Virus record (IMG/VR): IMGVR_UViG_3300045999_010308
Location: 62,001-82,822 of that record
From: an uncultured virus (IMG/VR IMGVR_UViG_3300045999_010308)
Taxonomy: Duplodnaviria; Heunggongvirae; Uroviricota; Caudoviricetes
Reading direction: 5' to 3' (one strand)
DNA length: 20,822 nt
In this document: piece by piece, positions 1-8,133 of the stretch
Layout of the letters: each line of letters opens with the position of its first letter
How positions within the stretch are numbered: position 1 is the stretch's first letter
Translations under genes and position numbers: made by a program
Notes under the pieces: generated by a model
What the model was told of the DNA's origin: nothing
Database searches by the model: none
The model's input: only the letters and a program-made list of their open reading frames with translations

Positions 1-315
1 GGCGGGAACATCTGTCACCGTCCCATCGTTACGCTCTATTTGATACCCTTCATGGACAAGAGCGGCATGATCAGCCGTGTAACCGATTACTTTATAGGTA
101 TCCGATACATCTTCAATAAATTGGCTATTTTTTAGCTCACCTGTATCTACAATGTCCCGGGGTGAGCCAACTACACCGCCATTTTTTCGTACAGTCTCCC
201 GTGGCCAGTTCCATTTAGTATCTTTTATCTGAAAGTTAATCTCTTGGGCAAATTCGCCCACCATTTCATTAAAAGACTCAATGGCTAATTGTCTTCCTAG
301 ATTCCAGTTAATCAT
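1..315 (-). CDS. Phage virion morphogenesis protein, HK97 gp10-like (partial, runs off the window edge)
   Basis: Manual translation MINWNLGRQ...SPRDIVDTGELKNSQ...GYTADHAALVHEGY...DVPA; the DTGxLxxS and AxxVHEG motifs are typical of gp10-like neck/tail-completion proteins. Not in the ORF track because it is truncated. Confidence 0.6.
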   Translation of the reverse strand, partial: MINWNLGRQLAIESFNEMVGEFAQEINFQIKDTKWNWPRETVRKNGGVVGSPRDIVDTGELKNSQFIEDVSDTYKVIGYTADHAALVHEGYQIERNDGTVTDVPA

Positions 316-316
316 T

Positions 317-349
317 AAAAAATAGCTGTAAGGATAACTTACAGCTATT
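317..349 (-). terminator. Intrinsic terminator
   Basis: Perfect stem AATAGCTGTAAG-GATAA-CTTACAGCTATT with a U-tract on the minus strand, directly upstream of the gp10-like ATG. Confidence 0.6.
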
Positions 350-408
350 ATAGCAACTTTAGACTAACCGATTACGGATAGTCAACTCTTATGTCTCGTG
401 GTGAGATA

Positions 409-777
409 TTAATTTATCATTAAAGACTCAAACAATTCTTTAAATTTAACGTTTCTCCATCCTTTTTGAATTTTAAAAAAAACTTGTAACTCACCGTTAA
501 TACATTCTGTGGTTTGTTTACCAATAGTTTCTATGCCTTGAGTTAAAGAATCCGAAAAAGTGTTACATTCTTGCGTGTAAGTTTTTTGAATAAACCACTG
601 CCCGCAATTGCAGTTTTTCTCGTCTATTATGTATCTTACCTGAAAAGATACATATTCTACGCCATGATAATTAATATCTGCCGAGAAACTTGAGCAACTT
701 TTCCAAAACTTACATTCTCTTTCACTTGGACTAAGAACGTTCAAAACTTGTTCTTGAAACTCTTGAAATGATAGCAT
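409..777 (-). CDS. Hypothetical protein (~122 aa)
   Basis: Likely start MLSFQEF at 777 after GGGAG; the longer 948 start overlaps the FGE gene and heptamer repeats. Confidence 0.6.
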   Translation of the reverse strand: MLSFQEFQEQVLNVLSPSERECKFWKSCSSFSADINYHGVEYVSFQVRYIIDEKNCNCGQWFIQKTYTQECNTFSDSLTQGIETIGKQTTECINGELQVFFKIQKGWRNVKFKELFESLMIN

Positions 778-800
778 AATTACTCCCGTTGATTCGTTGC

Positions 801-826
801 TGACAACTGATAACTGATAACTGACT
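801..826. repeat. (CTGATAA)n heptamer tandem repeat, STRR-like; other copies near 2820-2845, 3082-3098, 9012-9030, 15913-15931, 16420-16435, 17186-17203, 19763-19775
   Basis: Seen directly as ctgataactgataactga in intergenic gaps; such heptamer runs are characteristic of Microcystis and related cyanobacteria. Confidence 0.75.
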
Positions 827-1460
827 AATTGTCGCAGACAACTCGAAAACCGAGGCTGAAGTTGAAGCGGAAGCCGGGGAAGAGCCAGAAACGAACCGCA
901 CTGCGACAGTACCTCGGATTGATGAACCAAGAACCGCCGCGCAGACAACTATCTTCGCACCACTCCCAAACATTACCACTCATGTCATACAGTCCCCAAC
1001 CATTGGGCTTTTTCTGTCCTACGGGATGAGTTGTGTCATTAGAATTTTCGCTATACCAAGCATAATCTCTTAACTGATTAGCATCATCACCAAAATAATA
1101 TGTAGTAGTTGTACCTGCTCGACAAGCATATTCCCATTCCGCTTCTGTGGGTAGGCGATAGGTTTTACCGGTTATTCGACTCAATTTCTGACAAAAAGCT
1201 CTAGCATCGTCCCAACTAACCTGTTCTACCGGATTTTGGGGATTATTTTTAAAGTGAGAGGGATTGGTTCCCATTACTGCTTGATATTGTTCCTGAGTCA
1301 CCGGATATTTGCCAATCGCAAAACTGTTGACTTTAACTTGGTGTGAAGGCTTTTGATGATTTTGAACATCGGGATCACTATCAGGAGAGCCTATGAGAAA
1401 CTCACCTGCTGGTAAGTTCACCATTTCTAATGCGACTTGATTGGGTAGTTTTTCGGTCAT
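825..1460 (-). CDS. Formylglycine-generating enzyme (FGE-sulfatase/SUMF1, C-type lectin fold) domain protein; probable DGR target
   Basis: Motifs F-x-IGKYPVTQEQY, PVEQVSWDDA, RLPTEAEWEYACRAG, NGWGLYDMSGNVWEWC, RGGSW...CRSA.R...GFRVV. Confidence 0.93.
   Translation of the reverse strand: MTEKLPNQVALEMVNLPAGEFLIGSPDSDPDVQNHQKPSHQVKVNSFAIGKYPVTQEQYQAVMGTNPSHFKNNPQNPVEQVSWDDARAFCQKLSRITGKTYRLPTEAEWEYACRAGTTTTYYFGDDANQLRDYAWYSENSNDTTHPVGQKKPNGWGLYDMSGNVWEWCEDSCLRGGSWFINPRYCRSAVRFWLFPGFRFNFSLGFRVVCDN
828..945 (-). other. Putative DGR variable region (VR)
   Basis: GC-rich 3' end with 11 consecutive C-ending codons (CTC TTC CCC GGC TTC CGC TTC AAC TTC AGC CTC), as expected from adenine mutagenesis of AAC codons. 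Confidence 0.7.
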
Positions 1461-1462
1461 CG

Positions 1463-1522
1463 TGAACTCCTTTGGTTTTTTGGTATATACCTATAATGAC
1501 AGGTATATGTTTGTATGTCAAG
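1463..1522 (-). promoter_or_regulatory. Family A promoter/operator, copy 1
   Basis: TTGACA-N17-CATTAT; inverted repeat ATATACCT-N8-AGGTATAT over the -10; GGAG RBS. 58/60 identical to 2633-2692. Confidence 0.8.
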
Positions 1523-1715
1523 TGTTTTTTTGTTTTTTTTTCAGCCGATAACGACGACATCTTTCGGCGTTAGTCATTGAATCAGGGTGGGAGGGTTTTC
1601 CTGCCGGATTACCAGTAAAATGATGATTGCAATCCTTACATCGGTATCTCTGTTTTCCTGACACAGAGAACCCTTTTTTAGAGATTCTCTGTGATTGGCA
1701 TTTAGGACATTGCAT
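1518..1715 (-). CDS. Small zinc-ribbon (IS1 InsA-like) protein with basic C-terminal helix; putative DNA-binding regulator
   Basis: CPKC...GKQRYRCKDC plus MTNAERCRRYR tail; no InsB/DDE gene or IS ends nearby. Confidence 0.7.
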   Translation of the reverse strand: MQCPKCQSQRISKKGFSVSGKQRYRCKDCNHHFTGNPAGKPSHPDSMTNAERCRRYRLKKKQKNT

Positions 1716-1878
1716 TAATTAAGGCTTCCATTTTTTCAATTTCAGACAAAATCAAGTCTCTTTCTTTTTTGTATTTACCAGGATTTCGGTGTTTTCTAAT
1801 TTGTAATTCAACTACAGAAAGTCTTTGTTTTTTGTATTCAATTTGTATTTCTATTGTACGTTTTTTTCTGTTAAGCAT
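1702..1878 (-). CDS. Hypothetical helical protein (58 aa)
   Basis: Manual translation MLNRKKRTIEIQIEYKKQRLSVVELQIRKHRNPGKYKKERDLILSEIEKMEALINAMS; AGGAG RBS and promoter upstream; below the ORF-track cutoff. Confidence 0.65.
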   Translation of the reverse strand: MLNRKKRTIEIQIEYKKQRLSVVELQIRKHRNPGKYKKERDLILSEIEKMEALINAMS

Positions 1879-1886
1879 CTGCTTAT

Positions 1887-1950
1887 CTCCTTTGTGTTTG
1901 TTTCTCTATATCCCCATTGTAGGGGATATGTTTGTATGTTGTCAAGGGGT
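1887..1950 (-). promoter_or_regulatory. Family A promoter/operator, copy 2 (variant)
   Basis: TTGACA-N18-TACAAT with inverted repeat ATATCCCC-N6-GGGGATAT over the -10. Confidence 0.75.
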
Positions 1951-1964
1951 TTGGAAAATATTTT

Positions 1965-2630
1965 TCAAATAACCCCGTAGTCTGACAATGCAAATACTGA
2001 CTCCATGTCTCCTTTTTTTGCTTTTGCTTTTGCTTCTGCTATTGCTTGACGATCTTCCTCGTTCTGTTTTCTTGTTTTGTCATCCATTTTGCGATAGGCT
2101 TTTTCGGCTTCTTTGAAACTTTTAAAGACCGAAATGCTACCCCATACTTCGGTCTGATAGCGATCTTGAAAGAGTCTAGACTGCAAATCTTTTTTAATTT
2201 TAAAGATAATTCTCTCGAAAATGGTGTCGGTAACAGCACCCTCAAAACCGACTACATAAAAGGATTTTCCGTTAACAGATAAATGTGCTATACAAGCGGC
2301 GCGTCCAGTATTGACACAACCTAACGATTCCGAACCAACCACATAACTTAGGTGGCGAGATAACTTGTGTTGTAAAGACTGTTCTTTACTGGTCGTCGCT
2401 TGTTTTTTGACAGTCTTAACTTGATTGACATTGACTGTGACTTTATATGTCTGTAGTTTTTCCATATATTTTTCTGACCAAGCCTTAGCCGCTTCATAGC
2501 TACGGCGGTAAGATACTTTATCATCAGGAAAATAACAGAACCACTTATCTTGATCAATTCCCACACCTTTTTTGATTTCTACATTTCCTGCTACATAGTG
2601 ACCGGGTGCTTGTCGTTTAAACTTTAACAT
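1965..2630 (-). CDS. Hypothetical phage protein (221 aa)
   Basis: Long ORF with RBS and family A promoter; no recognisable domain. Confidence 0.8.
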   Translation of the reverse strand: MLKFKRQAPGHYVAGNVEIKKGVGIDQDKWFCYFPDDKVSYRRSYEAAKAWSEKYMEKLQTYKVTVNVNQVKTVKKQATTSKEQSLQHKLSRHLSYVVGSESLGCVNTGRAACIAHLSVNGKSFYVVGFEGAVTDTIFERIIFKIKKDLQSRLFQDRYQTEVWGSISVFKSFKEAEKAYRKMDDKTRKQNEEDRQAIAEAKAKAKKGDMESVFALSDYGVI

Positions 2631-2632
2631 TT

Positions 2633-2692
2633 TGAACTCCTTTGGTGTTTTGGTATATACCTATAATGACAGGTATATGTTTATATGTCAAG
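2633..2692 (-). promoter_or_regulatory. Family A promoter/operator, copy 3
   Basis: TTGACA-N17-CATTAT; near-identical to 1463-1522. Confidence 0.8.
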
Positions 2693-2842
2693 GGGTTTGT
2701 CAAACTTTTTTATTATCTTTTTGTAGTTTGTAGATTTACCTATGGTTACACTGATCGCAGGACTGCCAAAAATCTCGGAAAATCAAGCTAATAAAGCAAT
2801 CACACACTTTTTGACGGATGACAACTGATAACTAATAACTGA

Positions 2843-2986
2843 TTACAGCGTCGGATATTTGCCTAGCACTGTTTGTGCTTCCTGATTTAGAGATTGAGTT
2901 ATTTGCTCAATCTCTTTGCAGAAAATTCGAGCTTTTTTAATTTCAGAAATTTGTGTTGTTTCGATTGGTTGTTTAGCGTTATCCAT
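2843..2986 (-). CDS. Hypothetical protein (47 aa)
   Basis: Manual translation MDNAKQPIETTQISEIKKARIFCKEIEQITQSLNQEAQTVLGKYPTL, directly behind a family B promoter. Confidence 0.55.
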   Translation of the reverse strand: MDNAKQPIETTQISEIKKARIFCKEIEQITQSLNQEAQTVLGKYPTL

Positions 2987-2999
2987 AATCTTGTTTTTC

Positions 3000-3082
3000 T
3001 GTGTTTTGGTTACTTTCTATTATGGATCGTTCTCCCAGTAATGTCAACTATCTGGGAGAATCTTTTCTGAACAAGTGTACTA
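3000..3082 (-). promoter_or_regulatory. Family B promoter/operator, copy 1
   Basis: TTGACA-N17-CATAAT; inverted repeat TTCTCCCAG...CTGGGAGAA straddling the -35. Confidence 0.8.
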
Positions 3083-3103
3083 CTGATAACTGATAACTAG
3101 AAA

Positions 3104-4216
3104 CTAACTAATCTCTATGTCGTTAGCGTCAGCGAAGTCGTTGACATCCATGAACCAGTCTTCCCATTCATCAGGGTCGGATAGATTGACTTTATCGACT
3201 GTCCAGGCTGCACCAGACTGCAAATATAGCCCTGCTTTCCACTTGTCAGGATATGGATGCTTTGCTTTTTCGGTATCGTTGGGAGTAAGAATAAACTGGA
3301 GAATGTCTTTTCCCCATTTACCTTTTTTGATATTGTAAAAACAGGATAAGGCATCAATTAAGTCGTCGCACTCTTGCTGGTAGTCAGCAAAGTTTTCTGG
3401 CAGTTTAAACTTAGATTTTTTAGCCGTCGGTTTTTTATCTGATTTAGGTTTTGGTTCGGCTTCCAATTGACTGTTTTTTAGTTGCTTATTTTCCTGTTCA
3501 AGTTGATAAATACGAGCATGCAGCTGAGTAACAGATTCGTTTAGAACTGTTATTTGATTTGTTTCTCTTTGCAGTGGATAAACTGTAGATTCTAGGTCGT
3601 GAACTTGTTGCTTTAAGTTTTCAATCCATGCTTCATTGTACTCTTTGCCCTGTTTTAATTCATGAATACTAGCCGTCAAGTGGTTAATAATCTCAGATCC
3701 TTCTTTATTTTCACGCTGTCTGAGATTGTGCATCTCTTGAATAGATTGAGTCAATTCAAGATTTTCCCATTCTAAGTTTTGAACTAAATTAGTTAATTGC
3801 CGATTTTTTCCCCATAGTTCCTCATTTGAAATAGAGGTCTTAGTAATTGCATCTTCACCTAACAACATATCAACAAGCGCAACTTGTCGTTTTTCAAAGA
3901 AAGATAACTCGTTATCAGTCTTTAGTTGGTTGTCAATTTCTTGATCCTCTTGTGGGATGTATTTGCAATTATCAAGAGAATCCCACAAATTATCAAATTT
4001 AACACAGTCATCTTGATCATAGTTTTCTAGTGCGTCCCAAAGCTTTTGGATGTCATAATTTGCAACAAATAACCCTTGCGTTTTGACCGTAACATAATCA
4101 CCGTTATCAGTGACTGACAATTTTTCTCCAAAACACTCTTGGTTAATTTGATTGAGGGTGCTTTGGAGCAACCTGATAATTGTGGTTTTTTCGTAAAGTT
4201 CGATATTTGAAGTCAT
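3104..4216 (-). CDS. Hypothetical coiled-coil protein (370 aa)
   Basis: Long ORF with central heptad/Q-E-L-rich region. Confidence 0.8.
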   Translation of the reverse strand: MTSNIELYEKTTIIRLLQSTLNQINQECFGEKLSVTDNGDYVTVKTQGLFVANYDIQKLWDALENYDQDDCVKFDNLWDSLDNCKYIPQEDQEIDNQLKTDNELSFFEKRQVALVDMLLGEDAITKTSISNEELWGKNRQLTNLVQNLEWENLELTQSIQEMHNLRQRENKEGSEIINHLTASIHELKQGKEYNEAWIENLKQQVHDLESTVYPLQRETNQITVLNESVTQLHARIYQLEQENKQLKNSQLEAEPKPKSDKKPTAKKSKFKLPENFADYQQECDDLIDALSCFYNIKKGKWGKDILQFILTPNDTEKAKHPYPDKWKAGLYLQSGAAWTVDKVNLSDPDEWEDWFMDVNDFADANDIEIS

Positions 4217-4229
4217 TTTTTTGTCCTCT

Positions 4230-4313
4230 TGTGTTTTGTTTACTTTTCTATATTAGATCGTTCTCCCAATAAAGTCAAGTATATGGGAAAACTATTTTTG
4301 AGCATTTGTACTA
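4230..4313 (-). promoter_or_regulatory. Family B promoter/operator, copy 2
   Basis: TTGACT-N17-TAATAT; same ~80-bp frame (GTGTTTTGTTTAC...GATCGTTCTCCCA...TGGGA...TGAGCATTTGTAC on +). Confidence 0.8.
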
Positions 4314-4672
4314 CGTCTTTGTTTGTAACGTTGGTGTTGATCCTGTTTTCGTTTAGGATCGAGTTCTCGGTGTTCCAAGCAGTACCCAGATTTGTTTCGG
4401 GCATTAAGTGCCGTAAATTTACCCAAAACTAAGCAGGCATCACAATATTTAGTTTCAGGGATAATTGCTTCTGTAGAAAAGTTGATTCCTTTTTTTGCAA
4501 TTATCTGAGGAGGCTTATCACAGATTAAAGCTACTCTTGTCAAACCTATGCCCGATAAAGAGTAATCTTGTAGCTTAACAAGACTTAAGTTAGTGTCAAT
4601 GTTGTCGATTTTCTGAATAGAAGATTTTAAAACTTCAAAATCTTCCAATTCAAGAGATAAGATTAAGATCAT
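4292..4672 (-). CDS. Hypothetical protein with C-terminal Cys/His zinc-binding motif and basic helix; putative regulator
   Basis: Likely start MILIL at 4672; CDAC...GYCLEH followed by KRKQDQHQRYKQRR. Confidence 0.6.
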   Translation of the reverse strand: MILILSLELEDFEVLKSSIQKIDNIDTNLSLVKLQDYSLSGIGLTRVALICDKPPQIIAKKGINFSTEAIIPETKYCDACLVLGKFTALNARNKSGYCLEHRELDPKRKQDQHQRYKQRRSTNAQK

Positions 4673-4734
4673 AGTGGTTTTTGTTAGTGTTAATATGAAA
4701 TGGGGAATTATCCCCATTTTGACTTAGTTGCTTA

Positions 4735-5121
4735 TTACCAAATGCTATAAAAGTGATAACCGCCTTTTATAGCCTCTACGCCGATGAAATGGGCGTTATT
4801 GTGTTTGTAAGCGGCGTATATCTCTTTTTCCGTCGGCAACTCTAGGGACAAATCAACTAAAGCCGTCACGCTGTAGAGTGTGTCGTGACATCCGCGAGCT
4901 AAACCTCCCGCAGGAACCTTAACTAGCTCCGAGACATAGATAGTGGTGTAATTTAGAACGTCAGTCATATTATGGCCGTGTTTTGTCTGAATAGCTTTTG
5001 CTATAAAACTAGCAATTGCGTGACTTTCCCAGTACCATCCGTGGGGACCGATGTAACCATCTTCGTAAATACGAAGTCTGTTGGCTTTAAACTTTTTAAA
5101 TCCAGTTTGTTCTGTGTTCAT
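4735..5121 (-). CDS. Hypothetical protein (128 aa)
   Basis: ORF with GGAG RBS behind a family B promoter. Confidence 0.75.
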   Translation of the reverse strand: MNTEQTGFKKFKANRLRIYEDGYIGPHGWYWESHAIASFIAKAIQTKHGHNMTDVLNYTTIYVSELVKVPAGGLARGCHDTLYSVTALVDLSLELPTEKEIYAAYKHNNAHFIGVEAIKGGYHFYSIW

Positions 5122-5136
5122 GATTGTTACTTCTCC

Positions 5137-5217
5137 GTGTTTTGTTTACATTTCTATCATAGATCGTTCTCCCAGTAATGTCAATAAATTGGGAGAATCT
5201 TTTCTGAGCATTTGTAC
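5137..5217 (-). promoter_or_regulatory. Family B promoter/operator, copy 3
   Basis: TTGACA-N17-TATGAT with TTCTCCCA/TGGGAGAA inverted repeat. Confidence 0.8.
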
Positions 5218-5277
5218 CAATAAAAAACGCTTAACTAAGCTAAGTGTTTTTTATTGCTGACTAAGCGATAAGTGTAC

Positions 5278-6531
5278 TCATGAAGCTTTAGCCTTGTCAT
5301 CAAAAGCATCTATGATGTTTTGCCCTATTTTTGCTTTTTCAATTGCGCTATACTTATTCCATTCTAAGTAAGAACCTGGAATGTCAATGTTAGCGGCGAC
5401 TAACTTTTTGACAGCTAACCTAGCCGCTTCTTTTTCGCTTAGATTTTCATACTTAACTGGGTTTCTAGTTTTAAATCCTACACTAGACATTATTTCTAAT
5501 CCTGTTGGGATGTGATAAATGCAGTAAGCGTCATTTCCTCCCGCAGAAATCAGATAATCGCCCAAAGCTTCTCCTTTTACTTTTCTAGTTTCACCTTCTC
5601 TGTTTAGAATAGATATGGTCTGTTTGGTAAATTTTGTGTTATCGATTACTTCTTGAAACTTATTTACGCATGGCATCTCACCGAAAAGATTTAATTCTAA
5701 TTGTTTGGTTCTGAGTTCAATTGCTTGAGTTTCGGTTATATTGATTTGAGTATCCTTAGATTTATTAATTGTCTTTTCTGGTTTCCGATAAAATTCGTCT
5801 TTAAATGCTTGTTTTTTCTCGATCCATAGACAGTATTTTTCTGTTAATCCCCTTTTATCCATTTCTTGCTGGTATTGATCAACCCAATAAACTACCTGTA
5901 GAAGGAGATGGCGATCTCCCCATTGAATATCTTTTTGTGTTCTAAGGTCTCTTTGCATTGATTGGGCAGCCAAAGAATACTTCCATCCGTCAATAATTTC
6001 TTTGTCTGTCAGTTTAGAAGATGGTACGTTGCAGCAGTGTTTTTTAAGGGTAGAAACACTAACAGGGATTTTAACAATTATATCTTTTACCTTTATTTCT
6101 TTTTCTTTGACTTCTGATGGTTCCTCTTGAATTAATTCTAATTTACTAACTCTTTCTCTTAAAAGTCTGTATTTATTTGATCTTTTCTCTGATCTTTTTA
6201 TAGAAGCCTCGCTAGGCCTTTTCCAAAGCCCTTTCCCAGTACACTTATCTCGATATTCTTCACGTTCTAAGTCTTCTAATTCTTCAACTATCTTTAATAG
6301 CTGTTTTTTAGATTCTTCTGTTAATTTACTAAAAATAAATTGTCCTCCCGTCAGTGCGTTCAACGATCTTTGTTGTTCCCATGTTAGGGTAATTTGTTTT
6401 TTGGGCTTTAACTGCTCAATAGCTGATTCTACTTTTAGAATTTCTATGACAATTTTAGCTTTGGCACGATTGCCTTTTGTAATCTTAAGTTGAGATTTCA
6501 ATCGAGCTAATCTAGTTTGCAAAGTGTTCAT
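5278..6531 (-). CDS. Hypothetical protein (417 aa), N-terminus shared with 9454-9921
   Basis: Long ORF behind a family B promoter. Confidence 0.8.
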   Translation of the reverse strand: MNTLQTRLARLKSQLKITKGNRAKAKIVIEILKVESAIEQLKPKKQITLTWEQQRSLNALTGGQFIFSKLTEESKKQLLKIVEELEDLEREEYRDKCTGKGLWKRPSEASIKRSEKRSNKYRLLRERVSKLELIQEEPSEVKEKEIKVKDIIVKIPVSVSTLKKHCCNVPSSKLTDKEIIDGWKYSLAAQSMQRDLRTQKDIQWGDRHLLLQVVYWVDQYQQEMDKRGLTEKYCLWIEKKQAFKDEFYRKPEKTINKSKDTQINITETQAIELRTKQLELNLFGEMPCVNKFQEVIDNTKFTKQTISILNREGETRKVKGEALGDYLISAGGNDAYCIYHIPTGLEIMSSVGFKTRNPVKYENLSEKEAARLAVKKLVAANIDIPGSYLEWNKYSAIEKAKIGQNIIDAFDDKAKAS

Positions 6532-6541
6532 GTCGTTGTTC

Positions 6542-6625
6542 TGTGTTTTGTTTACTCTTTTATATTAGATCATTCTCCCAATAAAGTCAAGTATATGGGT
6601 CAATCTTTTCTGAGCGTTTGTACTA
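6542..6625 (-). promoter_or_regulatory. Family B promoter/operator, copy 4
   Basis: TTGACT-N17-TAATAT; closely similar to 4230-4313. Confidence 0.8.
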
Positions 6626-6644
6626 AGTATATCTACTTGTTATC

Positions 6645-7080
6645 ATTGTAGATACATTGTAGATAGGGTGATCGACAACCGAAACCGTTACCCTGTAAAG
6701 GTTCTAGACTTTGTTGATAATGTCGATGTCTTATGGGAGGAGAAAAAGATAAAAGAATAAACCAGACTGGACAATAAAAAACTGTAGAGTAAAAAAAAGC
6801 AAACAAGGTCAACAGCAAGGCTGTTGGATTGTGATTCGATTGTTAATAAGGTTATTTACAATCGAAATCCTTATAGGGTATAGGTTTCAAGGTTTGTTTA
6901 TCTTGTCGACACTCTATACAGAGAGAGAAAAAATAGGGAGAGATAAACGAACTGGACAATAAGAAAAGGATAAAAAATCTTGACACAGGGAAATAGAGTA
7001 ACAATATAAACAAAGTCTAGAACCTATATATATCAATGCTTTTTATTGTTGATCACCTTATCTACAATCTATTTACAAAC
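6645..7080. repeat. Cluster of three ~80-bp iteron-like elements (6645-6728 +, 6838-6911 +, 6999-7080 -)
   Basis: Each has TTGT(A/T/C)(G/A/T)AT boxes in direct and inverted orientation around a GAAA..TTT core; homologous to 19842-20506. Confidence 0.7.
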
Positions 7081-7090
7081 CAACAAACTA

Positions 7091-7120
7091 TAAACCCCCT
7101 ATGAGTCCATAGGGGGTTTA
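7091..7120. terminator. Hairpin terminator downstream of antirepressor-like gene 1
   Basis: Perfect stem TAAACCCCCTATG-AGTC-CATAGGGGGTTTA. Confidence 0.65.
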
Positions 7121-7130
7121 TCTTGAATGT

Positions 7131-7169
7131 CGGGGTAAAGACCCTCGCTTTTAGCGACGGGAGTGTCAA
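7131..7169 (+). mobile_element. Possible IS200/IS605-family (tnpB) right-end remnant
   Basis: AAGACCCTCGCTTTTAGCGACGGGAGTGTCAA resembles the subterminal hairpin plus GGAGTGTCAA end of cyanobacterial IS605/IS607-type elements; no transposase present. Confidence 0.4.
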
Positions 7170-7185
7170 ATGGGTTTAGGTATTT

Positions 7186-7890
7186 TTACCGTTTTTTGTC
7201 GTTTCTCATAAGCATTCGACCGCCTCGCCATCCCCGTGCTTTTTCTCGTTCGGTTTCGAGGAGGTTAAATTTAGCTATATCGCGCTCTTTTTCGGCGTGT
7301 AATTCTTCGATCACTAGCCGCTTATAGTCAAGCATCGAGTTTTTACTGCTAAAGTCAGCGATCATAGTCTTTTGAGTTTTGATCAACTCCTCTAGTATTT
7401 GCTTCTCTTCGCTTAGTTTGACGATTTGGCTCTCAAGTTGCCTTACCTCTGTAATTGCCTCGCTCTTGACGCGAAAACCAGCTAATGTGTGAAGGAATAA
7501 TCGGACTCCTAGCTTAAGCACTTGAGAGGCTAACTCAGGATTATCCTTTGGCAACCACTTACAGATTAGGTCTTCTGGGATTAGATAAACCCCTTGCAAC
7601 CCGCCCTCTGTTTGAATTTGAGCCTGTTTTAGCAATCCTAATCCTAACCCCATTGTGTTACCCCCTTGTAACCCGCTCCCTGTTTGAATTTGAGGGTGAT
7701 TTGGAGATTCAGAAGTTACCCCCTTGCTATTTTCTTTAGATAGCCGGTTTAATCGCATGGTGATAGCGTTGGAGCTTTTCCCAGACATACGAGCATATCC
7801 TTTGATTGAGGCAAAGCTTTCACCGGTCTGAGTGTCGATAATTAGCTCGATGCCGTCGTGATCAAAACGTTGTAAAATTAGATCAGCCAT
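7186..7890 (-). CDS. Phage antirepressor-like DNA-binding protein (KilA-N/Bro-N-like N-terminus plus coiled coil), paralog 1
   Basis: LQRFDHDGIELIIDTQTGESFASIKGYARMSG...LIPEDLICKWL; paralogous to 19191-19715. Confidence 0.65.
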   Translation of the reverse strand: MADLILQRFDHDGIELIIDTQTGESFASIKGYARMSGKSSNAITMRLNRLSKENSKGVTSESPNHPQIQTGSGLQGGNTMGLGLGLLKQAQIQTEGGLQGVYLIPEDLICKWLPKDNPELASQVLKLGVRLFLHTLAGFRVKSEAITEVRQLESQIVKLSEEKQILEELIKTQKTMIADFSSKNSMLDYKRLVIEELHAEKERDIAKFNLLETEREKARGWRGGRMLMRNDKKR

Positions 7891-8014
7891 GTTAGCCTCT
7901 ACAGTAGGTTGACTTAGTTAGTCCCTCGCGTCAACGAGGGCATATTAATATTGTACTACATTAAATAATCAATTATTCCCCAATATAGAAAATTCTATAT
8001 TGGGGAATCTGGAC

Positions 8015-8100
8015 ACAGTAGCAACAAACTAATAAAACGTATATATATCAATACTTTCTACTGTTAATACACTGTTAACAGATTGTTAGCAGTGTATTAA
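8015..8100 (-). repeat. Diverged copy of the ~80-bp iteron-like element
   Basis: Core GAAAGTATTGATATATATA shared with 19986-20093, flanked by (C/T)TGTTAA boxes. Confidence 0.5.
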
Positions 8101-8102
8101 CT

Positions 8103-8130
8103 AAAAACCCGTCAATTAATTGACGGGTTT
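8103..8130. terminator. Bidirectional intrinsic terminator
   Basis: AAAACCCGTCAATTAATTGACGGGTTTT perfect palindrome just after the 8134 stop. Confidence 0.75.
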
Positions 8131-8133
8131 TGA

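Noticed and set aside
731..1029. ORFs 731-979, 829-1029 and the extension of 409-948
   Set aside because: Shadow frames over the GC-rich VR and heptamer repeats of the FGE gene.
1518..1715. IS1 transposon
   Set aside because: Only an InsA-like Zn ribbon; no InsB/DDE frame and no terminal inverted repeats.
2999..6625. Repeats as a CRISPR array or integron attC sites
   Set aside because: They are separated by whole genes, lie 5' of genes and contain correctly spaced -35/-10 boxes, so promoters explain them better.
6633..6818. ORFs 6633-6818 and 20339-20578
   Set aside because: Low-complexity translations of the non-coding iteron-like repeats.
7590..7695. Internal ~32-bp duplication (QIQTxxGLQG twice) in antirepressor paralog 1
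   Set aside because: Real, but an ordinary in-frame intragenic duplication with no further evidence of function.
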